DNA from: Syntrophaceae bacterium UBA2251
GTDB taxonomy: Bacteria; Desulfobacterota; Syntrophia; Syntrophales; UBA2251
DNA: 64,000 nucleotides
Assembly (NCBI GenBank): GCA_002347815.1
Contig: DDXV01000020.1
Location: 7,554-71,553, forward strand
Reading direction: 5' to 3'
Part shown: positions 34,652-44,717 of the stretch, piece after piece
How the letters are laid out: each line of letters starts with the position of its first letter
Numbering within the stretch: position 1 is the first letter of the stretch
Translations under genes and position numbers: made by a program
Notes under the pieces: model-generated
Databases searched by the model: none
What the model saw: the letters and a program-made list of their open reading frames with translations, nothing else
What the model was told of the DNA's origin: nothing

Positions 34652-35776
34652 ATGCGGACGAAGCGGGAACTGATCGACCGGGCGCGGGAGCTCGGGTTTT
34701 GCGACATCGGATTCGCGACGGCGGAGCCGTTCGACTCCCAGCTCGAGATCCTTCGGGAGCGGCGCGAGGCCTACGCCTGGACCGAGGCCGCGGGGCTCGA
34801 CCTGACGGCCGGCGCCGATCCCCGCACGATCCTGCCGGAGGCGAAATCCCTGATCGTCCTTCTGGAGAGCTACCTGGATGAGGCCTATCCCCACGCCCTG
34901 GAGGGGCACTTCGGCCGCTGCTACCTCGACGACGACCGGGTGACGAAAGACGGGATGTCGAAGCGGCTGGCCCGCTTCCGCGCCTTCCTCCGGGAGGACG
35001 GCATCGCCTCCAAGGCCCCCTTCCACCTCCCCCAGCGCCTGGCGGCCGCCCGGGCCGGCGTGGGCGACTTCGGCAAGAACAACTTCCTCTACGCCCGCCG
35101 GGCCGCCGGGCGGAGTTCGTGGGTCCTGCCCCTGGTGCTTGTCGCCGACCGGGCCTTCGACCCCGATCCGCCCACCGTCTCCGTGGGCTGTCCCGACTGG
35201 TGCCGCAACGCCTGCATCGCCGCCTGCCCCACGGGGGCGATCCGCGGACCCAACCGGCTCGATCCGCGCCGCTGCATTTCCTATCTGACGTACTACGGCG
35301 AGGGGCTCACGCCCCGCGAACTGCGGGAGCCCATGGGCCTGTGGGTCTACGGTTGCGACCGCTGCCAGAACGTCTGCCCGCGGAACATCCCGTGGATGGC
35401 GCGGGAGCGGCACGTCAACGCGCGCGTCGCCGCCCGGGCGGACGCCTTCGACCTCTCCCGGCTGCTGGCCATGGACAAGGCGTATTTCCTCGCCCGCGTC
35501 TGGCCGCACATGTTCTACATGTCCGAGCGCGATCTCTGGCGCTGGCACATGAACACGGCCCGGGCGATGGGGAACAGCCGCGACGACCGTTACGTCGGCG
35601 ACCTGACGGCCGCCCTGGCGGGGAATGCCGACGCGCGGGTCCGGGCGATGGCCGCCTGGGCCATGGGCCGGATCGGCGGCGATCCGGCCCGCCAGACCCT
35701 GGAGGGCCATTTGAGTCGGGAGGATGGTCTTGTGGCGGAGGAGGTCCGCCTGGCCCTCGCGGCGACGAGAGACTGA
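34652..35776 (+). CDS. queG: epoxyqueuosine reductase-like 4Fe-4S protein with C-terminal HEAT repeats
   Basis: ATG at 34652. A DUF1730-like N-terminus (LIDRARELGFCDIGFA), two Cys clusters (CPDWCRNACIAACP, CDRCQNVCP) and a C-terminal HEAT-like segment (VRAMAAWAMGRIG). Confidence 0.75.
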   Translation: MRTKRELIDRARELGFCDIGFATAEPFDSQLEILRERREAYAWTEAAGLDLTAGADPRTILPEAKSLIVLLESYLDEAYPHALEGHFGRCYLDDDRVTKDGMSKRLARFRAFLREDGIASKAPFHLPQRLAAARAGVGDFGKNNFLYARRAAGRSSWVLPLVLVADRAFDPDPPTVSVGCPDWCRNACIAACPTGAIRGPNRLDPRRCISYLTYYGEGLTPRELREPMGLWVYGCDRCQNVCPRNIPWMARERHVNARVAARADAFDLSRLLAMDKAYFLARVWPHMFYMSERDLWRWHMNTARAMGNSRDDRYVGDLTAALAGNADARVRAMAAWAMGRIGGDPARQTLEGHLSREDGLVAEEVRLALAATRD

Positions 35777-35882
35777 CGGGGTGCTTCCCGATGACGCCGG
35801 GGGATCGCCCGGGCGGCCCACGGTCAAGATGTCTTGACCTGGCCGGGGGCGGCGGGAAAAACGTGCCGGGGGATGAACGGAC

Positions 35883-36659
35883 ATGAATTTTGGGATCGGG
35901 ATACTGGCCGGCGCGCTCGGCGCGCTGGTCGGCCTGGGGGGCGGCGTGGTGATGATCCCCATGCTGACCGGCTGGCTCGGATTCTCCCAGCACCGGGCGC
36001 AGGGGACCAGCCTGCTCGCCTTGATGTTCACCGGGCTGGCCGGGGCCGCCGCCTATGGCGCCAACCGGTCCGTCGACTGGACGGCCGCTGTCCTGCTCGC
36101 CCTGCCCGCCCTGCTGACGGCCTGGGTCGGCGCGCGCTCCTGCAACCGTCTGCCGGAACGGAGCCTTAGGCGTCTCTTCAGCGCGTTTCTCATCGCGATT
36201 TCCGCCCTGATGCTCCTCAAGCCCTTCCTGCATCCCGTGACGGGGGCGGTCTCCGTCGGGTTCAAAGCCGGCGTCCTGGCGGCGACGGGATTGATCACGG
36301 GATTTCTGTCCGGTCTGCTCGGCATCGGCGGCGGGGCCGTCATGATCGCGGCGATGGTCCTCATCCTCGGCTACGGACAGCACCCGGCGCAGGGGAGCGC
36401 GCTCGTCGCCATGGTTCCGGTTGCCGCCGTCGGCGCGTGGTGCTACCGGGGCTTCGGGCGCGCCGATGCCGGCGTTCTCAAGGGCCTTGTCCCGGGCATC
36501 CTCCTGGGGGCCGCGGGCGGCGCCCAGCTGGCTCATCTGTTCCCCGACGCCGGACTGCGGATCGTCTTCGTCGCCGTCCTCGCCGGCACGGGCCTCCACG
36601 GTCTGCGGGCGAAAGCGGGGGAATCATCGTGTCAGGCTTCGGGGGGGCGGCCGGAATGA
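35883..36659 (+). CDS. TauE/SafE family sulfite/anion exporter
   Basis: 258-aa protein with about 8 TM segments and two internal repeats containing GLGGGVVMIP and GIGGGAVMIA. Confidence 0.85.
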   Translation: MNFGIGILAGALGALVGLGGGVVMIPMLTGWLGFSQHRAQGTSLLALMFTGLAGAAAYGANRSVDWTAAVLLALPALLTAWVGARSCNRLPERSLRRLFSAFLIAISALMLLKPFLHPVTGAVSVGFKAGVLAATGLITGFLSGLLGIGGGAVMIAAMVLILGYGQHPAQGSALVAMVPVAAVGAWCYRGFGRADAGVLKGLVPGILLGAAGGAQLAHLFPDAGLRIVFVAVLAGTGLHGLRAKAGESSCQASGGRPE

Positions 36660-37030
36660 AAATGAGTGCAAAAGCGTTCGATCGGGCCGTCGCGCGCGCG
36701 GTGGACCGCATTCCGGCGGAGATCCGGGATCTGATGGAGAACGTCGTCGTCGCCGTCCGGAAGCGGCCGACGCAGGAAATGCTCGATGCGGTCGGGATGA
36801 CCGCGGACGACCCGCCCCTCGGCCTCTACTGGGGAGAATCCCTGCTCGAGCGTTCCAGCTTTTCGCCCGTCCAGTACCCGGACACGATCTTCGTCTTTCA
36901 GGAGCCGCTCGAAGCGATGTGCGAAACCCTCGCGGAGCTGGAGCGGGAGATCGAGATCACCGTCGTGCATGAGGTCGCCCATTTTCTCGGCATGGACGAG
37001 GATCGCCTGGCAGACCTGGGATACGCCTGA
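36656..37030 (+). CDS. zincin-like metallopeptidase family protein (DUF1025 type)
   Basis: The ATG at 36656 overlaps the tauE stop. C-terminal motif VVHEVAHFLGMDEDRLADLGY (HExxH). Confidence 0.8.
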   Translation: MKMSAKAFDRAVARAVDRIPAEIRDLMENVVVAVRKRPTQEMLDAVGMTADDPPLGLYWGESLLERSSFSPVQYPDTIFVFQEPLEAMCETLAELEREIEITVVHEVAHFLGMDEDRLADLGYA

Positions 37031-37049
37031 GGGGGTCGTGGCCGCGCGG

Positions 37050-39431
37050 TCACCGCTTGCCGGGGCCGCCGCCGCGCTTCCGCTTCCTTTCGATTTCCGC
37101 GATGGCCCTGCCCGCGGCCGCCTTCACCCGCGGGCCGTAGGCCCGGAGGCTCAGGATTCCGATCTGGCGCTGGATGGATGTCAGCGCCGGCAGGGCGGAT
37201 TCCTCGCCGATGGCCCCCAGCGCCGCGCAGATCTTTTCTTCCAGCTCTTCCCTGGCCGCCGAGGACTTGACGGGTTTCGCCTTCAGGAGATCGATCAAGA
37301 CGGGCACGGCCGGCGGATGGCGCAGGCTGCCCAGCAGGGGAACGATGTCGAGCTGGAGCGCTTCCCGCGCCTGGGGAAGGGTCTCCGTCAGGAGCGGACC
37401 CCGCTCGTCGCCGCCGATGCCGTTGATACTTTTCAGCGTCTCCTTCTGAACGCGCCGGTCGGCGTGGAGGAGCAGCGGCTGCAGGGCCCGGACGTGGATG
37501 TCCCTGCCGATCCGGCCCAGGAGCCGCGCCAGGTTCCGCTGGTAGTACCACACCCCGTCCTGACGGATGTTCGTGAGAACCGCGGAAAGGGCCAGGGTCC
37601 CCATGTCGTTGACGAGGTTCATGATCCGGATGCGTTCATCCGCGCTTTCGCTCTTCTGGAGCAGTTCCAGGAAGTGCTCCGCGGCCGGTTCCATGCGGAC
37701 GAGGAGACGGCCGGCCTCGTCGCTTTCGAGCAGGCCGCCGGCCTTGCTGCTCCGCTGATGATCCCGGGTCTGGAACATCTTGAACAGGATGTCGATCAGG
37801 TCCGCCTGCGAGAGGTCCCGCATGACGTCTTCCGCCAGTTGCTGGATCGTGTCGTTTCGCTCCAGCGCGCCGGTGTGAATCTGATGGAAGACCTTCACGA
37901 TCAAGCGGCAGGGGCTGAATCGTCGTTCCCGGATCAATCCCTGCCCCAGTTCCCCCAACTGTCGGCAGAGCTTCACGTAGGCGGGGGTGGCGGCGGTTTC
38001 CCTGCCGATCCACGCGGTGAGCTTTTCCAGATTCCGGACGACCGGTTCGTAACGATTTCCGGAGAGGAGCCCCGGAAGGATCCGGGACAGATCTTCCGCC
38101 GCCCGATCGCGGACGGTCGCCTCCCGGCTCGCGAGGTTCGAGAACACCTCGTCGAGGATCTCGCCGGCCCGCGCGCTTTCCCCGCGGGCATAAAGCAGCG
38201 CGATCCGTTCTACCGGGGACGCCTCGGGCGGGGCAGCGGGGGGAGCCGCCGCGGCGCCGCCCTTACGCTCCGTCGTAACGTCCCGGTCGGGGGCGCGGCC
38301 CCCGGTTGCCGGCTCATCCCGGACGGCCGTCCCGGCGGCCTCGATCGGGCGGTCCCGATCCGCGGCGTCGCCCTGCGGGGCTGCGCCATCCGTTGTCCCG
38401 GCCTGTTCGTGCAGCCGGATCATCGTTTCCAGCTCGGCGACCTGTCGCCGGAAGACCCCGGTGTTCCGCCCTCGTGGGGCCTTCCCCTCCTGCGGGTGCG
38501 TCGCGGCCGGCGGTCCCGCGGGCGCTTCCCCCGTGTCCAGTTTGCCTATGTCCGGGGCGGCTTCCGGCCCGGTCGCGGTCTTGTCCCCGTCCACGAGGTC
38601 GCGGATCTGCCGGTGGAGGCGCTCCTCGAAGCGGCTTTCCGCGCTGCGGGACAGCAGGGCGCCGACCAGGCCGGAGTCCAGTTTGGCGACGAACCGCGCG
38701 ATCAGAAGCGACAGCTTTTCCGTTTCGGCGGATTCGGCCGTGCGGTTCAGCGCGCCCATCACGGCAACGAGACGGTCCGAAAATTCGCCCGGCGGCACGG
38801 CCGTCCCCCGGGAGGCGATCTCGGCGAGACCGGCCTGCAGGACCTTCGCGATCCTTTCGGGATCGCGGGCCATCTCCCGGATCCGGTCCGGGTCGAGCGC
38901 CGCGCCGCCCTCCGCGCCGAGGAGATATGCAACGACCGGGTCGTCTTTCGTCCCGCCGTCCGCGGAAACCGGCCGATCCGCGTCCGTGACGACGTAGACC
39001 TTCTCGCCCAGACGAATGTGCGGGAGGTCCTGCGCCTCCAAGACACTCCGTATCCCGCCCCGCTCCGCCAGTGCCTCCGGCTTTTCCGACAGGATCTGCA
39101 GAAAGGCCAGGAGTTCGTCCCTCTCCAGCCCCCGGGAGAGGGTGAGATAGCGGATGCCGGCGTTCATCAGGAGCCGGAGAAAGGCGGCGACCTGGGGCCG
39201 TTCCTGGTCTTTCGGGCCCAGGGGCGTTCCGTTGACGAGGAGGGTTTTTTCCGCTTCGGCGAAAACCACCTCCCCGCCCTCTTCCAGAACCTGCCCCAGG
39301 GTTCGATGAAGCTTTTCCAGGGTGTTCTGGATCATGGCGCTCGTGGGCGGATAGAGGCGCAGATTGGTCAGGGCGGTATTGATGGCGATGAGGATCTCGA
39401 TCGTCCGGTTCGCGGGGCTTCCGTCTGGCAT
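37050..39431 (-). CDS. HEAT-repeat domain protein with disordered Pro/Ala/Gly-rich centre
   Basis: 793 aa. The N-terminal domain is ILIAINTALTNLRLYPPTSAMIQNTLEKL... C-terminal HEAT/PBS-lyase-like repeats are present (VRALQPLLLHADRRVQKETLKSI, AVPVLIDLLK, ICAALGAIGEESALPAL). Confidence 0.75.
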   Translation of the reverse strand: MPDGSPANRTIEILIAINTALTNLRLYPPTSAMIQNTLEKLHRTLGQVLEEGGEVVFAEAEKTLLVNGTPLGPKDQERPQVAAFLRLLMNAGIRYLTLSRGLERDELLAFLQILSEKPEALAERGGIRSVLEAQDLPHIRLGEKVYVVTDADRPVSADGGTKDDPVVAYLLGAEGGAALDPDRIREMARDPERIAKVLQAGLAEIASRGTAVPPGEFSDRLVAVMGALNRTAESAETEKLSLLIARFVAKLDSGLVGALLSRSAESRFEERLHRQIRDLVDGDKTATGPEAAPDIGKLDTGEAPAGPPAATHPQEGKAPRGRNTGVFRRQVAELETMIRLHEQAGTTDGAAPQGDAADRDRPIEAAGTAVRDEPATGGRAPDRDVTTERKGGAAAAPPAAPPEASPVERIALLYARGESARAGEILDEVFSNLASREATVRDRAAEDLSRILPGLLSGNRYEPVVRNLEKLTAWIGRETAATPAYVKLCRQLGELGQGLIRERRFSPCRLIVKVFHQIHTGALERNDTIQQLAEDVMRDLSQADLIDILFKMFQTRDHQRSSKAGGLLESDEAGRLLVRMEPAAEHFLELLQKSESADERIRIMNLVNDMGTLALSAVLTNIRQDGVWYYQRNLARLLGRIGRDIHVRALQPLLLHADRRVQKETLKSINGIGGDERGPLLTETLPQAREALQLDIVPLLGSLRHPPAVPVLIDLLKAKPVKSSAAREELEEKICAALGAIGEESALPALTSIQRQIGILSLRAYGPRVKAAAGRAIAEIERKRKRGGGPGKR

Positions 39432-39566
39432 GTCCCTTTCCTTTCACACGCACCCGGTGCGCGCGGGGCGCAAAGGTCGCCCCGGGTTCCGGGCTCCGCG
39501 AGATCTTACGGTAAACGCGGGCGGCTGTCAACGACAAGGGGGCTCGCGGGGCCGGGGGAAGCGGGA

Positions 39567-40118
39567 TCATTCCTTCAGACGGTATTGAAAGCGGGCGACG
39601 ATGTTGAGCCGGTCGAGCCGGAACGGCCGGGGGAGGGGCCCGAACGGCGAAGAGGCCCGGATGACGTCCAGGGCGGCGCGGTCGAGCAGCTCCGAGCCGG
39701 CGGAGGTCACCACGTCCGCCCCGGCGAGGCCGCCGTTCGCGGCGATGGAAAAACGGACCACGGTCTCCCCCTCGTGGCCGCGGGAGGCGGCTTCGGGGGG
39801 GTAGGTCCAGCGCCGGTTGATCCGGTACTTGACCTTGAGCAGATAGGGCGTGTAGGGGCTGTCCGGGTTCTCCAGGGCGACGGTGTCCTCCTGCGGAACG
39901 GGGGGAAGGGCCGCCGGCGTCGCGGGAGCGGCGGCGGCCGCGGGCGGTTTCGCCGCCGGTTCCTCCGTTGCCTTCTCCGGTTCCTTCAGGCTGACCGTGA
40001 GCGGTTTCGGGTCCCGGCGTTCCCCGTTCATGTCGATGAATCCCGTGAGCGACAGGACGACCGCGTGGGCAAAGATCGACGCCAGGATGGCCAGGACGAG
40101 GAATTTTCTGGAGGTCAT
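39567..40118 (-). CDS. TonB-family energy transducer
   Basis: An N-terminal TM anchor, a Pro/Ala-rich spacer (EEPAAKPPAAAAAPATPAALPPVPQ) and a TonB_C domain (YPPEAASRGHEGETVVRFSIAANG). Confidence 0.85.
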   Translation of the reverse strand: MTSRKFLVLAILASIFAHAVVLSLTGFIDMNGERRDPKPLTVSLKEPEKATEEPAAKPPAAAAAPATPAALPPVPQEDTVALENPDSPYTPYLLKVKYRINRRWTYPPEAASRGHEGETVVRFSIAANGGLAGADVVTSAGSELLDRAALDVIRASSPFGPLPRPFRLDRLNIVARFQYRLKE

Positions 40119-40275
40119 GGGCCCGCTCCGTTGAGGTGCGGGAACTATAGCAGAGATGGGGCAGGAATCAACGGGAAATGCGCGCGGATTCTCCTTGATT
40201 ATCGGGTGAGGCCGTTGTACACAGCACCGGTCCGCTGAAAAACCGTCCGACCATCACGCACCGGAGACACGATCC

Positions 40276-41781
40276 ATGACGCTACGCAGGAAGATCCTGA
40301 TCATTGTCGGGCTGACCCTGCTCGGCCTGATCTCGATCCCGTGGCTCAGCTCGCACCGCGAACTGATCGTGCCCCTGCTTCTCGTCGGCCTGGCCGGCGT
40401 TGCCCTTCTGGAAAGATTCGTCCTGCGCCCCCTTGCGGGTCTCGCCGGGGAGATCATGAGGATCGGCGAGCACGGCGCCTTCTCCGAGCGGATTACATTC
40501 CAGGGCCGGGACGAGATGGCGGGACTGGCGGCGGCTGTCAACCGCATGCTCGATACGCTGGAAGAGACGCGGGGCAAGCTCGAAACCGAATCGGCCCGCT
40601 ATCGGGCGATCATCGAACTCCAGTCGGAATTCATCGGCCGTTTCCGGGCGGACGGGACGATCACCTTCGTCAACGACGCCTTCCGCCGGCTGGTCGGCAA
40701 ACCGCGGGACGAACTGACCGGAGCGAGCCTCCGCACCCTGATCCCTGCGGACGACTATGAACGGGTCCTGCTGCAGTTGCGCGTCCTGACGCCGGCAGCG
40801 CCGGATCTGTCCGACAACGAACACCGCATCGCCTTTCCCGACGGCCGGGCGCGCTGGCTGCTGTGGAATGCGCGGGCCATCTTCGACGCCGAGGGCCGCT
40901 TCCTGGAGTGTCAGGCCGTCGGTCGGGACATCACCCAAGAGAAGGAACTCCGGAGCGCCTATCGGCGGAGCGTCGAGGCGATCGAGCAGGCCAAGATCGA
41001 ATGGGAAGGCTCCGTGGATTCCCTGGAGGGGCTGATCCTCCTGGTGGACGATCAGAAACGGGTGGTGAGGGCCAACCGGACCGTGGAGGACTGGTCCCTG
41101 GGATCGGTGACGGCGGCGATCGGCCGGCCCCTGCACGAGATCCTCCATCCCGGCTGTTCCGAATCCGGATGCGGCCTGGCGTCGTTTTTGAAGGCGTCCC
41201 TGGGCAGTGTCCGCGCCGGCGAGACGCTCGTGACGGAACTGGACGATCCGCGGCTCGGGAAGACGGTCCAGGTCCGGCTGCGGACCGTTTCCCTCAAGGA
41301 GCGCCGCAACGGTCCGTCATCCGCCGCGCTCGCCGTCGTCCTCGTTCTGGACGTGACCGCCCGCAAGCGCGCGGAGGAGGTCCTCAAGGCCTTGAATAGC
41401 CGGCTTGAGGAGGCCAACCGACAACTGGGGATGGCCTATGCCCGAATGCGGGACGAGAAGGACCATCTGAAGAGACATCTCTTCCAGGAGGAAATGGGGT
41501 TGCTGTTGAACTACGAGGGCCGGATCGAGGGTGTTTCGGAAAAGCTCATGGAACTCCTGGGAAAAGCCCAGGACCGGCTGATCGGTCAAGGTTGGCGGGA
41601 GTTGATCCAACCCGCGTACCGGGACGATTTCGCCTGGGAGCTGCGGCAGGCCTGGATGGGGCAATCCCAGACGTTCAGCCTGGAATTTCTCGATGTCCCG
41701 GCGAAGTCGCGGATCTTCGATGTCAGGATGACGCGGCTCACCCTGTCCGGGAGCCGACTCGTCCTGCTGACGTTTCGGTAG
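40276..41781 (+). CDS. membrane-anchored HAMP + multi-PAS sensor protein without recognisable output domain
   Basis: Two N-terminal TM helices, a HAMP-like linker (FVLRPLAGLAGEIMRIGE...MAGLAAAVNRMLDTLEE), PAS-like blocks and a coiled coil. No HisKA/HATPase, GGDEF or HD motifs were seen. Confidence 0.75.
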   Translation: MTLRRKILIIVGLTLLGLISIPWLSSHRELIVPLLLVGLAGVALLERFVLRPLAGLAGEIMRIGEHGAFSERITFQGRDEMAGLAAAVNRMLDTLEETRGKLETESARYRAIIELQSEFIGRFRADGTITFVNDAFRRLVGKPRDELTGASLRTLIPADDYERVLLQLRVLTPAAPDLSDNEHRIAFPDGRARWLLWNARAIFDAEGRFLECQAVGRDITQEKELRSAYRRSVEAIEQAKIEWEGSVDSLEGLILLVDDQKRVVRANRTVEDWSLGSVTAAIGRPLHEILHPGCSESGCGLASFLKASLGSVRAGETLVTELDDPRLGKTVQVRLRTVSLKERRNGPSSAALAVVLVLDVTARKRAEEVLKALNSRLEEANRQLGMAYARMRDEKDHLKRHLFQEEMGLLLNYEGRIEGVSEKLMELLGKAQDRLIGQGWRELIQPAYRDDFAWELRQAWMGQSQTFSLEFLDVPAKSRIFDVRMTRLTLSGSRLVLLTFR

Positions 41782-41794
41782 GCGGAGGCGCCCG

Positions 41795-42283
41795 ATGACG
41801 GAAACCCTGGACGAGCGCATGATGGACCTGGCGCTGGAAGAGGCGCGGCGGGCGGGAGCGGGGGGGGAAGTCCCCGTCGGGGCGGTCCTGGTGCGGGACG
41901 GGGCGGTCCTCGCCCGGGCGCACAACCGGCCGCTCGCTCTCCAAGACCCGACCGCGCATGCGGAGGTCTTGGCCGTTCGGGCGGCGGCATCGACGGCGGG
42001 GAACTACCGGCTTCCCGGGACGACGCTCTACGTGACCCTGGAGCCCTGCATCATGTGCGCCGGCATGCTCCTCCAGGCCCGGATCGCGCGCCTCGTTTTC
42101 GGGGCCGCCGATCCCAAGGGCGGCGCCGCGGTGTCCCTGTACCGCCTGTTCGAGGATGCCCGTCTGAACCACCGTGTGGCCGTGACCGGCGGCGTGCGTG
42201 CGGCGGCCTGCGCCGAACTTTTGAGTGGATTTTTTCGCGAAAAGAGGGTAGACTCCGCCGCTCACTCGAGAGATGCCGGGTGA
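41795..42283 (+). CDS. tadA: tRNA adenosine(34) deaminase
   Basis: Deaminase zinc motifs HAEV...TLEPCIMCAG within a 162-aa protein. Confidence 0.92.
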   Translation: MTETLDERMMDLALEEARRAGAGGEVPVGAVLVRDGAVLARAHNRPLALQDPTAHAEVLAVRAAASTAGNYRLPGTTLYVTLEPCIMCAGMLLQARIARLVFGAADPKGGAAVSLYRLFEDARLNHRVAVTGGVRAAACAELLSGFFREKRVDSAAHSRDAG

Positions 42284-42287
42284 TTGC

Positions 42288-42382
42288 GGAGAGATACCGA
42301 AGTGGTCGTAACGGGATCGACTCGAAATCGATTTGGGGGCCACAAAGCTCCCACGGGGGTTCGAATCCCCCTCTCTCCGCCA
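42288..42382 (+). tRNA. tRNA-Ser (anticodon CGA), CCA encoded
   Basis: Acceptor GGAGAGA/TCTCTCC, anticodon loop CTCGAAA, long variable arm, T-loop GGTTCGAATCC. Confidence 0.93.
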
Positions 42383-42395
42383 GGAATACCCCGCC

Positions 42396-42489
42396 GGAGA
42401 GATGCCTGAGAGGCCGAAAGGGCACGACTGGAAATCGTGTGTATGCCCACAAAGGTGTACCGCGGGTTCGAATCCCGCTCTCTCCGCCA
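42396..42489 (+). tRNA. tRNA-Ser (anticodon GGA), CCA encoded
   Basis: Acceptor GGAGAGA/TCTCTCC, anticodon loop CTGGAAA, long variable arm, T-loop GGTTCGAATCC. Confidence 0.93.
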
Positions 42490-42531
42490 GACATATCGAC
42501 AGCGGCCCGCCGGGCGCTGTCGCCGTTTGAT

Positions 42532-42626
42532 GGCCGGGTCCCGTGCAACAGCGGGTTGTGAACCCCGTCAGGTCCGGAAGGAAGCAGCGGTAACAATCCC
42601 CGTTGTGTGCCGCGGGTAACCCGGCC
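42532..42626 (+). ncRNA. ffs: signal recognition particle RNA (small/4.5S type)
   Basis: Contains the invariant helix-8 motif GTCAGGTCCGGAAGGAAGCAGC. The terminal helix pairs GGCCGGGT with ACCCGGCC. It sits in the conserved position upstream of dnaX. Confidence 0.88.
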
Positions 42627-42655
42627 GTCTTTAATCCAAGAAGAACGGGGAAACG

Positions 42656-44350
42656 ATGGGTGCGGAATACCGGGTCCTGGCCCGAAAATGGCGGCCGCAG
42701 ATCTTCGAGGACGTTCTCGGGCAGGAGCATGTCGTCCAGACGCTGAAGAACGCCATTCTTCACCGCCGGATCGCCCACGCCTTCATCTTCAGCGGTCCGC
42801 GCGGGGTCGGGAAGACCTCGGTCGCCCGGATCATGGCCAAGGCCTTGAACTGCGAGACCGGTCCGACGGACACCCCCTGCAACACCTGCGTCAACTGCAG
42901 AGAGATCACCGACGGCATCGCCCTCGATGTCCGCGAAATCGACGGGGCCTCCAACCGGGGGATCGACGAAATCCGGGAGCTCAGGGAGAACGTCCGGTTC
43001 TCTCCCGCATCCTGCCGTTACAAGATCTACATCATCGACGAGGTCCACATGCTCACCCGGGAGGCCTTCAACGCCCTCCTGAAGACCCTGGAGGAGCCTC
43101 CGCCCCACGTGATCTTCATGTTCGCCACGACGGAGACCCACAAGGTGCCGGCCACCATCCTGTCCCGCTGCCAGTGCTTCGATTTCCGGCGGATTTCCCT
43201 GAAGGCGATCGCGTCCAGCCTGAAGGCGATCGCCGCGGCGGAAGGGATCGCGATCAGCGATACGGGGCTCACCTGGATCGCGGAAGCGGGAGACGGGAGC
43301 CTCCGGGACGCGCAGAGCATCTTCGATCAGGTCATTTCCTACGGGGGGGCGACCATCGCCGACGGGGACATCGAGACGCTTCTCGGCCTGACCGACCGGC
43401 GCTTCGTCCTCGATCTCTCCCGGGCGATCGTCGCCCGCGATGCGGCCCGCTGCCTGAAGATCGTCGAGGAGGGCTATTTCGCCGGCCTGGACATGAAGGT
43501 GTTCTACCAGATGCTCCTCGTCCATTTCCGGAACCTCCTGATGACGAAGATCGCGGGCGACGCCCCGGGTTTGATCGAGGTCTCCGACGCGGATCTGGCG
43601 CACCTGAAGGCCCTGGCCGGAGAGGTTTCCCGGGAGACCCTGCAGCGCCTGCTCGACATCCTGCTCGCCGAGGAAGAGGCCGTGCGCCGGAGCCGCGACC
43701 CCCGGATCAACCTGGAGGCGGCCCTCGTGCGGATGGCCTATCTCGAGCCGCTTCTGCCGATCGACGTGATCCTCGACCGGATGGAGGGCATCGAGCGGCG
43801 CCTGGCGGGCGCCCCGCCGGCGTCCCGGGAAGGCCGGCCCGCGGCTTCCCCGGCCTATGACGGGCCGGCGCCCCCGGCGGCGCGGGCGGTGCGGGAACCG
43901 GCGGCCCCCGCGGCCGGACCGGAGCGCCGGGAAGACCTGTCCGCCCCGGATCCCGCGCCGGACGACTGGGAAGGGTTCAAGGCCTTCGTCCGACAGACGA
44001 GCTTTCCCCTGGGCAGCAAGATCGAAAAGGGCCGGCTCCTTGACCGGAGCGGCAACGAGCTCAAGATCGCCATGCCGAAGGAGTATGCGTTCCTTCTGGG
44101 GCCCGAGGAGAAGAAGCGGCTGGAGGAAATCGCCCGCGCCTTCTTCCGCCTGGATTCCCTGCGGGTGCGGATCGAGATCGTCGCGAACAACGGCCCTGCC
44201 GCGGCGGCGAACGGCAACGGCTCCGCACGGAACGGGAAGAACGGCGACCTGAAACGGCAGGCGCTCGACCATCCGCTCGTGAAGAAGGCCCTGGACGTCT
44301 TTCCGGGGGCCATGATCCAGGAGGTCATCATCCGCAATTCGGACGGATGA
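42656..44350 (+). CDS. dnaX: DNA polymerase III subunit gamma/tau
   Basis: YRVLARKWRPQIFEDVLGQEHV, Walker A GPRGVGKTS, zinc module CNTCVNC, and SRC (SRCQCF). Confidence 0.95.
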   Translation: MGAEYRVLARKWRPQIFEDVLGQEHVVQTLKNAILHRRIAHAFIFSGPRGVGKTSVARIMAKALNCETGPTDTPCNTCVNCREITDGIALDVREIDGASNRGIDEIRELRENVRFSPASCRYKIYIIDEVHMLTREAFNALLKTLEEPPPHVIFMFATTETHKVPATILSRCQCFDFRRISLKAIASSLKAIAAAEGIAISDTGLTWIAEAGDGSLRDAQSIFDQVISYGGATIADGDIETLLGLTDRRFVLDLSRAIVARDAARCLKIVEEGYFAGLDMKVFYQMLLVHFRNLLMTKIAGDAPGLIEVSDADLAHLKALAGEVSRETLQRLLDILLAEEEAVRRSRDPRINLEAALVRMAYLEPLLPIDVILDRMEGIERRLAGAPPASREGRPAASPAYDGPAPPAARAVREPAAPAAGPERREDLSAPDPAPDDWEGFKAFVRQTSFPLGSKIEKGRLLDRSGNELKIAMPKEYAFLLGPEEKKRLEEIARAFFRLDSLRVRIEIVANNGPAAAANGNGSARNGKNGDLKRQALDHPLVKKALDVFPGAMIQEVIIRNSDG

Positions 44351-44392
44351 TCGCGGGCTGGACGACGTCAAGACATCAAGGAGGTCGGTTCA

Positions 44393-44707
44393 TTGTCACA
44401 CAACATCGGTAACATCATGAAACAGGCCAAAAAGCTCCAGGAGCGCATGGGCCAGCTCCAGGCGGAGATGGAACAGAAGACCGTCACCGCCACGTCCGGC
44501 GGCGGAATGGTGACCGTGACGGTCAGCGGCAAGGGCGAACTCGTCTCCCTCAAGATCGAACGGGACGTGGTCAATGCCGAGGACGTGGAGATGCTCCAGG
44601 ACCTGATCCTGGCGGCGGTCAACGAGGGGGTCCGCAAGGCCCAGGAGATGGCCCGGTCGGAGATGATGAAAATCACGGGCGGCCTGAACATCCCCGGACT
44701 GACGTGA
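44393..44707 (+). CDS. ybaB: nucleoid-associated protein YbaB/EbfC
   Basis: [22 protein letters not shown]...[11 protein letters not shown] is the family pattern. 104 aa. Confidence 0.93.
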   Translation: MSHNIGNIMKQAKKLQERMGQLQAEMEQKTVTATSGGGMVTVTVSGKGELVSLKIERDVVNAEDVEMLQDLILAAVNEGVRKAQEMARSEMMKITGGLNIPGLT

Positions 44708-44717
44708 GGGGGATGCC

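Noticed and set aside
36969-40238. 1089-aa plus-strand ORF.
   Set aside because: It is antisense to the HEAT-repeat and TonB genes. It has no motifs and a biased R/G/P/A composition.
41738-44371. 877-aa minus-strand ORF spanning tadA, two tRNAs, SRP RNA and dnaX.
   Set aside because: It runs antisense through well-supported RNA genes and dnaX. Its composition is low-complexity Arg/Gly/Pro. It is a GC-driven lack of stop codons.
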